Shown piece by piece: positions 55,064 through 64,000 of a stretch of DNA of 64,000 nt. Where the stretch lies: the NCBI GenBank assembly GCA_963762255.1, contig CAVXKA010000003.1:576001-640000 (forward strand). The letters run 5' to 3'. Within the stretch, counting starts at the first letter, position 1; the number at the start of each line of letters is the position of its first letter. The stretch is from Candidatus Eiseniibacteriota bacterium. GTDB taxonomy: Bacteria > Eisenbacteria > RBG-16-71-46 > JABDJR01. A program made the position numbers and the translations under genes. The notes beneath the pieces were generated by a model, which was not told where the DNA came from, ran no database searches, and saw only the letters and a program-made list of their open reading frames with translations.

Positions 55064-55990
55064 ATGGACGACACCGCACCCCCGCTCTCCCCCCGGCACC
55101 GCTTGGGCCTGTATTGGGAACTCGCCCGCCCGTTCACCTTGCTCGCGCCTGCCCTCGGCATGCTTTCCGGCGGCGTGGCTGCGTTGGGTGCCGAGCCTCC
55201 ATGGCCGCACACGCGCACCGTGTTCCTGGACCTGGCGCTGGGCACGCTCATGGCGGCGGTCCTGAACGCGGCCTCGAACACGCTCAACCAGATCACCGAC
55301 CTCGACGTGGATCGCGTAAACAAGCCGAAGCGGCCGATCCCCAGCGGTCGGGTGTCCATCGCGGAAGCGTGGTGGATCACCGCGGTGCTCGCCCTGTTCG
55401 CTCTGGTGCTGGCCTGGCTGGTGGGATTTCAGTGCCTGGTGCTGGCATCGGCGGCCGCGGTGCTCACCACGCTCTATTCGGTGCCGCCCATCCGTACCAA
55501 GGCGCGGGGGATCTGGGCGAACGTCACCATCGCGATCCCGCGAGGCACGCTGCTCAAGGTGGCGGGCTGGTCCTGCGTACGCACGGTGATCGCGGTGGAG
55601 CCGTGGTTCATCGGGCTCATCTTCGGCCTCTTCCTCCTGGGCGCGAGTTCGACCAAGGACTTCGCCGATATCGAAGGGGACCGCGCGGGAAACTGTCGCA
55701 CGCTCCCGATCATCTACGGAGTGCGCAAGGCGGCATGGATGATCGCCCCGTTCTTCGTGTTCCCCTTTCTTCTCATTCCCGTGGGCTCGATGGCCGGTAT
55801 CCTCACCGGCAATGCGGTCGCCCTTCGGGTGCTGGGGGTCGGGCTCGCCGCTTGGGGCGGGTACGTCGTCTACCTCATCCTGCGCGACCCGGATGCGCTG
55901 GCCGCCACCGAGAACCATCCGTCGTGGACGCAGATGTACCTCATGATGATGGCCGCACAGGTCGGGTTCGCTCTGTCCTACCTGCTCTAG
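55064..55990 (+). CDS. UbiA-superfamily prenyltransferase (DGGGP synthase/ChlG-like motifs)
   Basis: LARPFT, NQITDLDVDRVNKPKRPIPSG, YSVPP, KDFADIEGDRAGNCRTLP. Confidence 0.88.
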   Translation: MDDTAPPLSPRHRLGLYWELARPFTLLAPALGMLSGGVAALGAEPPWPHTRTVFLDLALGTLMAAVLNAASNTLNQITDLDVDRVNKPKRPIPSGRVSIAEAWWITAVLALFALVLAWLVGFQCLVLASAAAVLTTLYSVPPIRTKARGIWANVTIAIPRGTLLKVAGWSCVRTVIAVEPWFIGLIFGLFLLGASSTKDFADIEGDRAGNCRTLPIIYGVRKAAWMIAPFFVFPFLLIPVGSMAGILTGNAVALRVLGVGLAAWGGYVVYLILRDPDALAATENHPSWTQMYLMMMAAQVGFALSYLL

Positions 55991-56006
55991 CCACCGGAGA
56001 GATGCT

Positions 56007-56774
56007 TTGAACTATCGCAACAGGTCACCGAGGGCGCGATCGCGGCGCGGCGGCGCGTGGCGCACCGCGCTCCTGCTCGCAGCGGGTGCCGCGGCCACCA
56101 CCGCGATCGGGTTCGCGCTGGGGTGGGCGTGGCTCTTGCCCTTCCTGGGAGCGGCCGTTCCCTACCCCCTCTTCCTGCGGCGGGTGGCACGCAAGCGCTA
56201 CGCGGCGGCGGTGGGCTGGGTGCTCCTGTGGGCGCTCTTCCAGAGCGTCGCGGTAAGCCTCGCGGTGGCGTGGGTGCCCGAGCGCGCCGCGGAAGTCGTA
56301 CACAGCGGCCCGAAGTACTCCGCAGAAATGCTCAACTGGGTGCGCACCGGCGAAGGAGCGGAAGGACCCCCTCGGCTCTTTCTTCCCATCCATCTGCGAC
56401 ACTACGTGGGGCTGTGTGCGCTCTCGGTCGTGACCGCAGGCTCGGCCGCGCTCGTGCTCGGCACATGGCTCCTCAACTACATGAGCTACTACGTGACCGA
56501 TCTCGTGCGGGCCAGCGCCCACCCGATCACCGCGACCCTGCTCGGCTGGCCGGTGTGGTCGATCATCCGGGTGGCGGGCTTCGTGGTGACGGGGGCGGCA
56601 CTGACCGGGTTCAGCCTCTCCCTCTACAACCGTCTGCGCAAAAGAACGCGGGCGGTGAGATTTCCCGCCCGCGTCTTCCTGATCGGTCTGGCTCTGGTCG
56701 TGCTCGACGCCGCCCTCAAGGCCGCACTCGCGCCCCTCTGGCAGCGCACCCTGCTCCGGGCGCTCGGGGAGTAG
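56007..56774 (+). CDS. Multi-TM hypothetical membrane protein
   Basis: GGAGA RBS, several hydrophobic helices, co-oriented 16 nt after ubiA. Confidence 0.75.
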   Translation: MNYRNRSPRARSRRGGAWRTALLLAAGAAATTAIGFALGWAWLLPFLGAAVPYPLFLRRVARKRYAAAVGWVLLWALFQSVAVSLAVAWVPERAAEVVHSGPKYSAEMLNWVRTGEGAEGPPRLFLPIHLRHYVGLCALSVVTAGSAALVLGTWLLNYMSYYVTDLVRASAHPITATLLGWPVWSIIRVAGFVVTGAALTGFSLSLYNRLRKRTRAVRFPARVFLIGLALVVLDAALKAALAPLWQRTLLRALGE

Positions 56775-56807
56775 CCTGCCCCCGGGCGGCCGGCCGCTCG
56801 GGCGCCC

Positions 56808-58550
56808 CTACTTCGGGGTCCCGGGCGCGGCGTCCGCTTCCGTGGCGGGCGCGTTCTCGACCACGAGCTTGGCCAACGCTTTCTCGTTCACCTTGACCCG
56901 GAACTTCTTCTCCTGCTCCTTCAGAAAGTCGTTGAGCGCCTTGTCGCCGATCGAGGTCTTCGCGTCCTTGTCGACGCTCTCCTTGACTTCCTGATAGGCC
57001 GGAATCCGCTCGCCCTGGCGGGTCACGAGTTGCAGCACCATCGTCTGGTCGGCGCGCGTCATGGGCGCGCTCACCTCGCCATCCTTGAGCGGGGCGACCA
57101 ACTCGTCGATCACCGGATCGCGGCCCTGGTACACCCAAGGCGTCTCGCCCATCGCCTCCATCGTGGCGTCCTTGGGGCCGTACTTCTTCTGGAGTTCACC
57201 GAAGGACTTGCCGCCCTTCCAATCGGCGGCGAGTCGCTCGATCAGCCCCTTGTCCTTGGACATGAAGTAGCTGACCTTGTAGGAAGGCGGGAACTTGTAG
57301 TTCTCGCGGTGGTCGGCGAACCAGGCTTCGATGTCCTCCTGAGTCGGGGTGACGTTCTTCATGATGTCGTTATAGTAGAAGTACGTGACCTTCATTTCCT
57401 TCTCGCGATTAGCGAGCCTCTTGACGAAGTTGGGATCCTTGGTGATACCGAGGTCCTGCGCCGCCTTGATGATCAGGTAGTCGCGCACCATCATGTCGAG
57501 CAGCTCATCGACTTCGCTTTCGGCCTGGCCGGTGGGCCATAGACCCGTGGCGTACCACTCGAGGCGCGACGCGAACTCTCTCATGTTCCAGTTGGGCGCG
57601 CCCTTGAACGCCACGACCTGGGTGGACTCCTCCTCCGCGGTCATCTCCGGTGTGGTCCGACTCGCATCGAGCCTGGCATAGGGGTTGCTGGCTTGCTCCG
57701 GCGGCGGCTCCCAGTAGTACTTGGTCATGATGAGGTTCTTGCCGGAGTCGATGTAGGTAGCGTCGACGGCGGCACGCAGCGAGTCGATGACCGCCATCTG
57801 ACGGTTCATGTACAGGTGCTGCATGACGTTATCACTGATCACACCGTACAGCTCTTCACGGGTCTGGAGAACCTCGGCCGGCCGCTCGTCCAGCACCCTT
57901 ACAATGTAGGTGCCGAGAGGAGTGACGCGGGGCCCCAGCGTGGTGCCGATCGGCGCTGCCCATACCTCCAGGTCGATGTCGTAGGGGAACGTGACGCCCG
58001 CCTTGATGAAGCCCAGATCTCCCGGTGCCCCGTCGCCCACCCACTGCATGGAGAAGTCCTTGGCCAGCGACCCGAAGTCTTCGCCATTGCGCAGACGCTC
58101 CATCACATGAGCGCCCTGCGTCGAATCCGGGAGAAGCATCGCCAGGACATGGCGCTCCCGCGAGAGATTGGCGAAGATCTTGTCCTTCATCTCCGTGGTG
58201 AGGTTGATCTGATCCCGCACCAGGCGCCGCCGGAACTCGGAGGTCGTTTCGGTGTCCTGGTAGCGCTTGAAGCGCCATCCCTGCTGCTCGGTAAGCTGGG
58301 GGTACTTCTCGAAAGCGGCCAGCTCCATGAGGTCCTTGTTGATCAGATCCTGCAGGAAGGCCCGCTTTCCCTCGGGGGTGGAGATGTCGGGCCGCTCCTC
58401 CGCCTTAATCGTGGTGTAGGCCTTCTGGAAATTCGAGGTCCGGATACTCCGGGAGCCCACCTTGGCGAGAACGGGGTCCTTCCCCCCGCCGCATCCTACC
58501 GTGACGGCGATCAACAAGGCCGCCACTCCCAAGACCAGCAAGCGCTTCAT
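56808..58550 (-). CDS. Lipoprotein peptidyl-prolyl isomerase (PpiC/PrsA/SurA-like, tandem domains)
   Basis: Lipobox VTVG-C, GEDFGSLAKDFS, GDLGFI, GEVSAP. Confidence 0.85.
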   Translation of the reverse strand: MKRLLVLGVAALLIAVTVGCGGGKDPVLAKVGSRSIRTSNFQKAYTTIKAEERPDISTPEGKRAFLQDLINKDLMELAAFEKYPQLTEQQGWRFKRYQDTETTSEFRRRLVRDQINLTTEMKDKIFANLSRERHVLAMLLPDSTQGAHVMERLRNGEDFGSLAKDFSMQWVGDGAPGDLGFIKAGVTFPYDIDLEVWAAPIGTTLGPRVTPLGTYIVRVLDERPAEVLQTREELYGVISDNVMQHLYMNRQMAVIDSLRAAVDATYIDSGKNLIMTKYYWEPPPEQASNPYARLDASRTTPEMTAEEESTQVVAFKGAPNWNMREFASRLEWYATGLWPTGQAESEVDELLDMMVRDYLIIKAAQDLGITKDPNFVKRLANREKEMKVTYFYYNDIMKNVTPTQEDIEAWFADHRENYKFPPSYKVSYFMSKDKGLIERLAADWKGGKSFGELQKKYGPKDATMEAMGETPWVYQGRDPVIDELVAPLKDGEVSAPMTRADQTMVLQLVTRQGERIPAYQEVKESVDKDAKTSIGDKALNDFLKEQEKKFRVKVNEKALAKLVVENAPATEADAAPGTPK

Positions 58551-58684
58551 CAGATGAACCTCCCTGAGGCGATGAAGGGGCGGCGCGACGGCCACCCCTC
58601 TTGTGAAAACAGCGAGGGAAGTGTACCCCACCGGGAACGGTGGCTCAAGGCGGAGGCAGGCGCGGGCCGCCCGGCCGGGATCGG

Positions 58685-58713
58685 TTGAACGCACCTGCCG
58701 GCGCTGCTATCCT
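58685..58713 (+). promoter_or_regulatory. Putative sigma70 promoter TTGAAC-N17-TATCCT
   Basis: 17-nt spacer with a TG extension. Confidence 0.5.
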
Positions 58714-58782
58714 TTTGTGTTCCTTGCCGCTTCGGCTCTGTGACCGCCTTCCGGGAACGCCCGAAACGAGAGATACCGACCC

Positions 58783-61700
58783 GTGAATGCAGCCCATACC
58801 GCCTCGGCCCGACCCGCCACCCGATGGGGTCTCCGCCCGATCGAGGCCTTCATCCTCCTCCTGTTCTTCGTTTCCGGGGCAAGCGCTCTGATCTACGAAG
58901 TGGTCTGGACGCGCGACCTGACCACCGTGTTCGGAGGCTCGGCCTTCGCCATCGCCACCGTGCTCGCCGCGTACATGGCCGGCCTGGCGCTGGGGAGCAC
59001 GGTCTTCGGTAGGAGCATCGACCGCCGCGGGCATCCTCTGGTCGTCTACGGCGTCCTCGAAGCGGGGATCGCGGTGTGGGCGATCCTCCTGCCGACGCTG
59101 CTCGCCCTGCTCGACCACGTCTACGCAGGACTCTATCGATCCGTCTCCCCCGGCTTCTACGGCCTGAGCCTCATCCGCTTCGCGCTCTCGTTCGTGCTTC
59201 TCCTCGTCCCCACCACGCTCATGGGAGGCACGCTCCCCGTCCTCGGGAAGCTCCTCTTCACCAACTGGAAGGGACTCGGAACCCGCGCCGGACTGCTCTA
59301 CGCCGCCAACACGCTGGGAGCGGTGCTCGGCACCGCCGTGGGCGGGTTTCTGTTGATGCCGGCGATGGGGCTGCGCGGCGCCACCTGGCTCGCGGTGGTC
59401 CTCAACTTGGCGGTCGCCCTCGCCGCGATCCTGGCTTCGCGACGCTTCCGCTATGACCTGCCGTCCGCAGCGGCAGCACCGGCCGCGACGGACGCCGGGT
59501 CGGGCCCCGCCGAGGCGCCGGCGCGGCGCGAGGAAGCGTCGTCCGCCAAACTCCGCCGCGCGGTGCTGATCGTGTACGCCGCGAGCGGATTCGCCGCGCT
59601 CGCCTACGAGGTCGCATGGACCAAGACGCTGTCCATGATCCTCGGCACGACGAACTACGCCTTCACTTCCATGCTGACCACGTTCCTCCTCGGGCTGGCG
59701 GTGGGCAGCCTCATCTTCGCCCGTCTCGCCGACCGTTACGGGCGCCCGGAGGCGCTGCTCGCCCTCGTCCAGATGGGCATCACGTTCTTCGCGCTCCTCA
59801 CCATCCCGCTCCTGGAAGCCCTTCCCCAACTTTTCGTCAACGCGTTCCCGCATCTCGACGGATCGTGGACGCGGATCGAACTCTATCGAATCTTCCTGGC
59901 GGCGATGACCATGTTCCTTCCCACCGTGCTCATGGGCGGAACCTTCCCGCTGGTCATCCGCGCCTACGTGGACCGCCGCGAGACGGGCAAGAGCTTGGGT
60001 TCGCTCTACGCGGCCAACACGATCGGAGCGATCTTCGGCTCCTTCCTCACCGGTTTCGTGCTGGTGCCGTGGATCGGAAGACAGAACGCCATCCTGGCCG
60101 CTTCTTTCGTGAACGTCGCCGCGGCGGTCGTGCTGCTCGTTGCGCTGCGGGGGCGCTCCGCCCCGGGCCGGATGCGACTGGCCATCGCTGTCATGGCGCT
60201 CCTCTTGGTGCCGGCCTGGCTCTGGGGCTTCAAGCGCTGGGATCCGCGCATCATGGCCTCCGGGGCCTACGTCTACGCCCGCGAGTACGCGGCGGAAGGT
60301 TCCATCAAGGACGTGATGGACGAGCAGGCGCTCCTCTACTACAAGGAGAGCACCGAGGGAACGGTCTCGGTGTGGCAGGCGCAGCAGGTGATGTCGCTGC
60401 GCACAAGCGGCAAGGTGGAAGCCTCCTCGCATGGGGACATGATCACCCAGAAGCTCATCTCCCACCTCCCCGTGTTCTATCAGCAAGACGATCCCGAGAA
60501 TGCGCTCATGATCGGGTTGGCCAGCGGGATCTCGACGGGTTCCCTGCTCGTCCATCCTTTCGAGCGGGTGGAGACGGTGGAGTTGATCCCGAGCATGGCC
60601 GAGGCCGCTCGGTACTTCGACGAATTCAACCATCGCTGCATGTTGGACCCGCGGCACGAACTCGTCATCAACGACGGGCGCAATCACCTGCTCCTGACCT
60701 CGGAACGCTACGACGTGATCGTGAGCGAGCCATCCAACCCCTGGATCGCGGGGGTGGGAGCGCTCTTCACCCGCGAGTTCTTCGAGCTGACCAAGGCACG
60801 GCTCAAGCCCGGAGGGGTGGTCTGCCAATGGGTCCAGACTTACCAGTACCGCGCGGAGGATCTGAAGACGGTATTGGCCACCTTCGCCGACGCCTACCCC
60901 TACCTGCACCTGTGGCAAGGGGCGCCGGGCGATCTCATCCTTGTGGGAAGCAACGATCCGTTGCGCTTCAATCTGCGGCGGCTCCGCGAGGCGCTGAACA
61001 CCCCCGCCGGTGAGGATCTGGCGCAGTTGGAGATACTCCCCGAGGCACAGCTCCTCGCCTATTTTGTCACCGACCGCGACGGAATTCTATCCTATACCGG
61101 CGATTGGAAGCGCCGCGTCACCGACGACAACCTCTACCTCGAGTACACGGTCCCCCGCCACATGCTGGAGACCACCGGGCGCGTGAGCGTTCTCGATCTG
61201 GAGGCCTTCACGCTCCGGCCGGCCGCGCTTCTGGGGAGCGACGCCGACTCCACGTTGATCGCCGACATCAACGTGTTCCGCCGCGCCCACGCCCTGGCCC
61301 TGCGCGTGCACTTGGGGGCGACGCTCCCCCGAGGACCCCGAAACGCCGACGAGGCACTCGACCTCGCGCTTCAGATCGCCCCGCAGGAGAACCTGGCGCG
61401 CCGCATTCGCTCGCGCTCGCTCAATGAGGCGGCGATCCAATCGCTTCTGGTCGAAGACTACGCGACCGCCCGCCCCCTCTTGGAGCGGGCGGCGGCGATC
61501 GGGGACCGCGCCGAACGCGGGCTCGCGCTGAACAACCTGGGCACGATTGCCTTCCGGGCCGGAGAGACGGACACCGCGCGCGCCTACTGGGAAACTGCCG
61601 CGCGGCTGGAGCCCAACTTTCCGGACGTGAACTACAACCTCGCCAACCTCGCCGCCCAGGAGAGGCGCTACGCGGACGCAATCGATCTCTTCCGGCGAGT

Positions 61701-62069
61701 GACGCCGCTCCAACCGCGGAACGCCCCGGCCTTCAACAACCTCGCTTACTTCGCCGCGATCGGGGGGGGGATCTTGTCGAAGCCGAGCGCGCCGCGCGCC
61801 GCGCGGTGGAACTCGCGCCCGACCCCAATTACCTCGACACGCTGGGCTATGTGCTCATTCGGCGTGAAATGTGGGGTGAAGCGGAGCGGACCCTATCCAA
61901 GGCTCGCGACGGATCCCCCGCTTCCATGGAGATCCTCCTTCACCTCGGCATGGCCCAGGCGGGTGGCGGACATATCGCTGCGGCGCGCGGCTCGTTCGAG
62001 CAAGTGGCTCGCGACACGCAGGATCCCGACCTCGCGCGGCAGGCTCGCGAGGAACTGGCCAAACTCTGA
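58783..62069 (+). CDS. Fused MFS-like/spermidine synthase protein with C-terminal TPRs, frameshift at G9 run 61762-61770
   Basis: SGASALIYEVVW, LMGGTLP, LYAANTLG (repeated), IGLASG, DGRNHL, YDVIVSEPSNPW; TPRs continue in ORF 61806-62069. Confidence 0.9.
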
Positions 62070-62084
62070 ACGGAGCGCACGCTC

Positions 62085-64000
62085 ATGAAACGCTGGTTGC
62101 CGGTCCTGGTCTTCCTTGCCGGGCTCGCCGCTCTCACCGCGGCGGCGGCGCTCACCGTGAGCCGGGGGCCGTTCGAGCGCTCGCCGGCGGGAAACGAGGC
62201 GCTCTATTGGGACGCCGCGCAGAAGGCGGCCAAGGGCGAGCTGGACGCCGTGGCTCTCTCCGTGTACCCGAGCCCGCTCTACCCGCGCTTCCTCGGTGTC
62301 TTCGCCGGAGATGACGTGCTTGCCGCCCGCACCGCGCGACGGGTCCTGACCTTCCTCTTCCTGCCCGTCCTCGGCGTGCTCGTGTACGCGTTGGCTCGGC
62401 GGCGTGCCGGCCCGTGGGCCTCGGCGGCCGCTGCGTGGCTGGCCGTTTTCGCCGCGCCGATGGTCCTATCCGCCGGGTCCTTCTCCCCCTCGATGCCGGC
62501 GGCTTTGCTCTGCGGCATCGCGCTGGTGACCCTGGATGGAAAGCGCGGCATCGTCTCGTGGGCGCTGGCCGGGGTTCTCGTCGGGCTGAGCGGACAGTTC
62601 CACGGGCTCCTGGCGTGGGCTGTCGGCGCGCTCCTCGTCGCCATGGCCGTGGCCCGTCCCAAAGAGCAACCGGGTCGCCGCGGCTGGGCGCTGAGCGTTG
62701 CCGCGTTCGCGCTTTTGTGGGTGGCCGCCTCGTGGGGCGGCGCCGCCATCGCGGGATCGCGGTCCCCGCTCCCCCCGCTGCCGGGCGTGGACGTGTACCG
62801 CGGGCATCGGGCGGAGGCATCCGGCGTGGAGCCCCGGCGAGGAGACTCCGACGCCGCGCGGTGGTGGCTGCGCCGCGATTTCGCGCGGGAATCATCCCGG
62901 CTCACCGGAGAGCGGCTGACCTCCGCGCAGACGAGCGCGTTCTGGGCGCGAAAAGCGGCCGGCGAAGCGGTTCGCCATCCCTTCGCCGAATTGAAGCGTA
63001 CCGGTGTCAAAATCCTGGCGACCTATCAAGGCGATCCCGTTCCCCGGGACGTGAGCCCCGATTTCCTGGTGGAGCGCGGAGAGACGGGGGCGCTCCCCGT
63101 TTCGATGTGGCTGGGGAGAATCGCGCTCCCCCTCGGGCTTGCCGGGCTCGTGCTGGCCCGCCGCCGCGCGGGGTGGATCCTCTGGATCGCGGCCCTGTCG
63201 GGGCTTCTGGTCGCGTTCGCCACGTTCGCGGACGCGGACTCCCGGGACCTGAGCGCGCTCGGGCTCGCTGTCGGGCTGGCGCTCTTCCTGGAGCGACTGT
63301 GGGCGTCACGGGGATCCGCACGCTTGCGGACGGCTCTTGGCGGGGTCGCCGCCGTCGCTCTCTTCGGTTTCTGGCCGGCGTTCGCAAGCATGCCCGGACA
63401 GCGCATTCAGGCGGACGACTACTTCCAGCTCGGCGCGATCTACGACCGCGAGAAGCGCGGCTCGGCGGCGATGCGCGAATACGAGCGCGCGCTGCGCATG
63501 GAGCCCGCGAACCCGCTTCCCCGGTTCGCCATCGCGGGCACGTTGATCCGCGACAACGTGACCGAGGAGGCGATCCGCGAGTTGGAGTCGCTGCGCGAGA
63601 AGAACCCGGATTACTTCTCCGGTCTCGCCATCCTCGCCCGCCTCTATGAGCGGCAGCAGCGATGGGCGGAGGCGTCATCGGTGTACGGCGATCTCATCCG
63701 CCTCGACCCGTTCAACATCGAGTACCTGAACAACCTCGGTACCATCTACGTCCAGCTTGGGTTCTACGATCAGGCGGTGCAGGCGTTTCAGTCCGCCCTC
63801 GCCATCGATCCCACCTACGAATCCGCGCAGGTGAACCTGGCCGCGCTCCAGCAGCGGGGTCTCGCGCCAGGCGGCGATGCATCCGACCCGCTGCGCACGG
63901 CCCAGGAGCAGATTCTCGGCTTCGTGCGCGTGGGAGACGCGGCGGCCGCAGACAGCGCGCTTCAGGTCGCGTATGCGCGCTTCGGAAGGACCACGCCGGA
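62085..64000 (+). CDS. Membrane glycosyltransferase-like (GT-C) protein with C-terminal TPRs, runs off the window end
   Basis: Manual translation MKRWLPVLVFLAG...EALYWDAAQ...YPSPLYPRFLG, many TM helices, then YFQLGAIY and YLNNLGTIY TPRs. Confidence 0.7.
   Translation, partial: MKRWLPVLVFLAGLAALTAAAALTVSRGPFERSPAGNEALYWDAAQKAAKGELDAVALSVYPSPLYPRFLGVFAGDDVLAARTARRVLTFLFLPVLGVLVYALARRRAGPWASAAAAWLAVFAAPMVLSAGSFSPSMPAALLCGIALVTLDGKRGIVSWALAGVLVGLSGQFHGLLAWAVGALLVAMAVARPKEQPGRRGWALSVAAFALLWVAASWGGAAIAGSRSPLPPLPGVDVYRGHRAEASGVEPRRGDSDAARWWLRRDFARESSRLTGERLTSAQTSAFWARKAAGEAVRHPFAELKRTGVKILATYQGDPVPRDVSPDFLVERGETGALPVSMWLGRIALPLGLAGLVLARRRAGWILWIAALSGLLVAFATFADADSRDLSALGLAVGLALFLERLWASRGSARLRTALGGVAAVALFGFWPAFASMPGQRIQADDYFQLGAIYDREKRGSAAMREYERALRMEPANPLPRFAIAGTLIRDNVTEEAIRELESLREKNPDYFSGLAILARLYERQQRWAEASSVYGDLIRLDPFNIEYLNNLGTIYVQLGFYDQAVQAFQSALAIDPTYESAQVNLAALQQRGLAPGGDASDPLRTAQEQILGFVRVGDAAAADSALQVAYARFGRTTP

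Noticed and set aside
61762-61770. G9 tract as a phase-variation switch
   Set aside because: Cannot be distinguished from homopolymer error given the other indels, and it affects only the last TPRs

Overview
GC-rich bacterial chromosomal window. Inference: a diderm of the FCB-associated candidate phyla, e.g. Ca. Eisenbacteria/Latescibacteria-like, suggested by GWxTD, C25/FlgD-Ig and C-terminal TWGxxK proteins. Most genes lie on the minus strand and are housekeeping: pyrR-pyrB-pyrC...carA...carB with a PyrR-type attenuator, glyQS, recO, two CBS/CorC genes, ybeY, a 7TM-HD phosphodiesterase, phoH, tRNA-Gln, aspS, hisS and HU. Accessory blocks inside the pyr/car operon are a mazEF module bracketed by copies of an 18-bp palindrome, a DinB-like gene and an AT-richer PD-(D/E)xK-like gene between carA and carB. 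A CzcCBA-type efflux cluster is coupled to the end of carB. The most striking candidate new system is at about 42.1-48.4 kb: a sigma54 promoter with IHF-like sites precedes a small exported peptide gene, then a TPR-GAF-AAA+ sigma54 activator, a GWxTD-like protein and a TonB-like protein, suggesting RRNPP-like peptide signalling wired to sigma54. Also notable is a DUF4114-type secreted protein ending in a TWGRVK tail where PEP-CTERM is usual, plus a PorU-like C25 peptidase. About eight single-base frameshifts in seven genes, mostly in G/C runs, probably reflect sequencing or assembly error. All product calls come from motif recognition by eye; no database searches were run.
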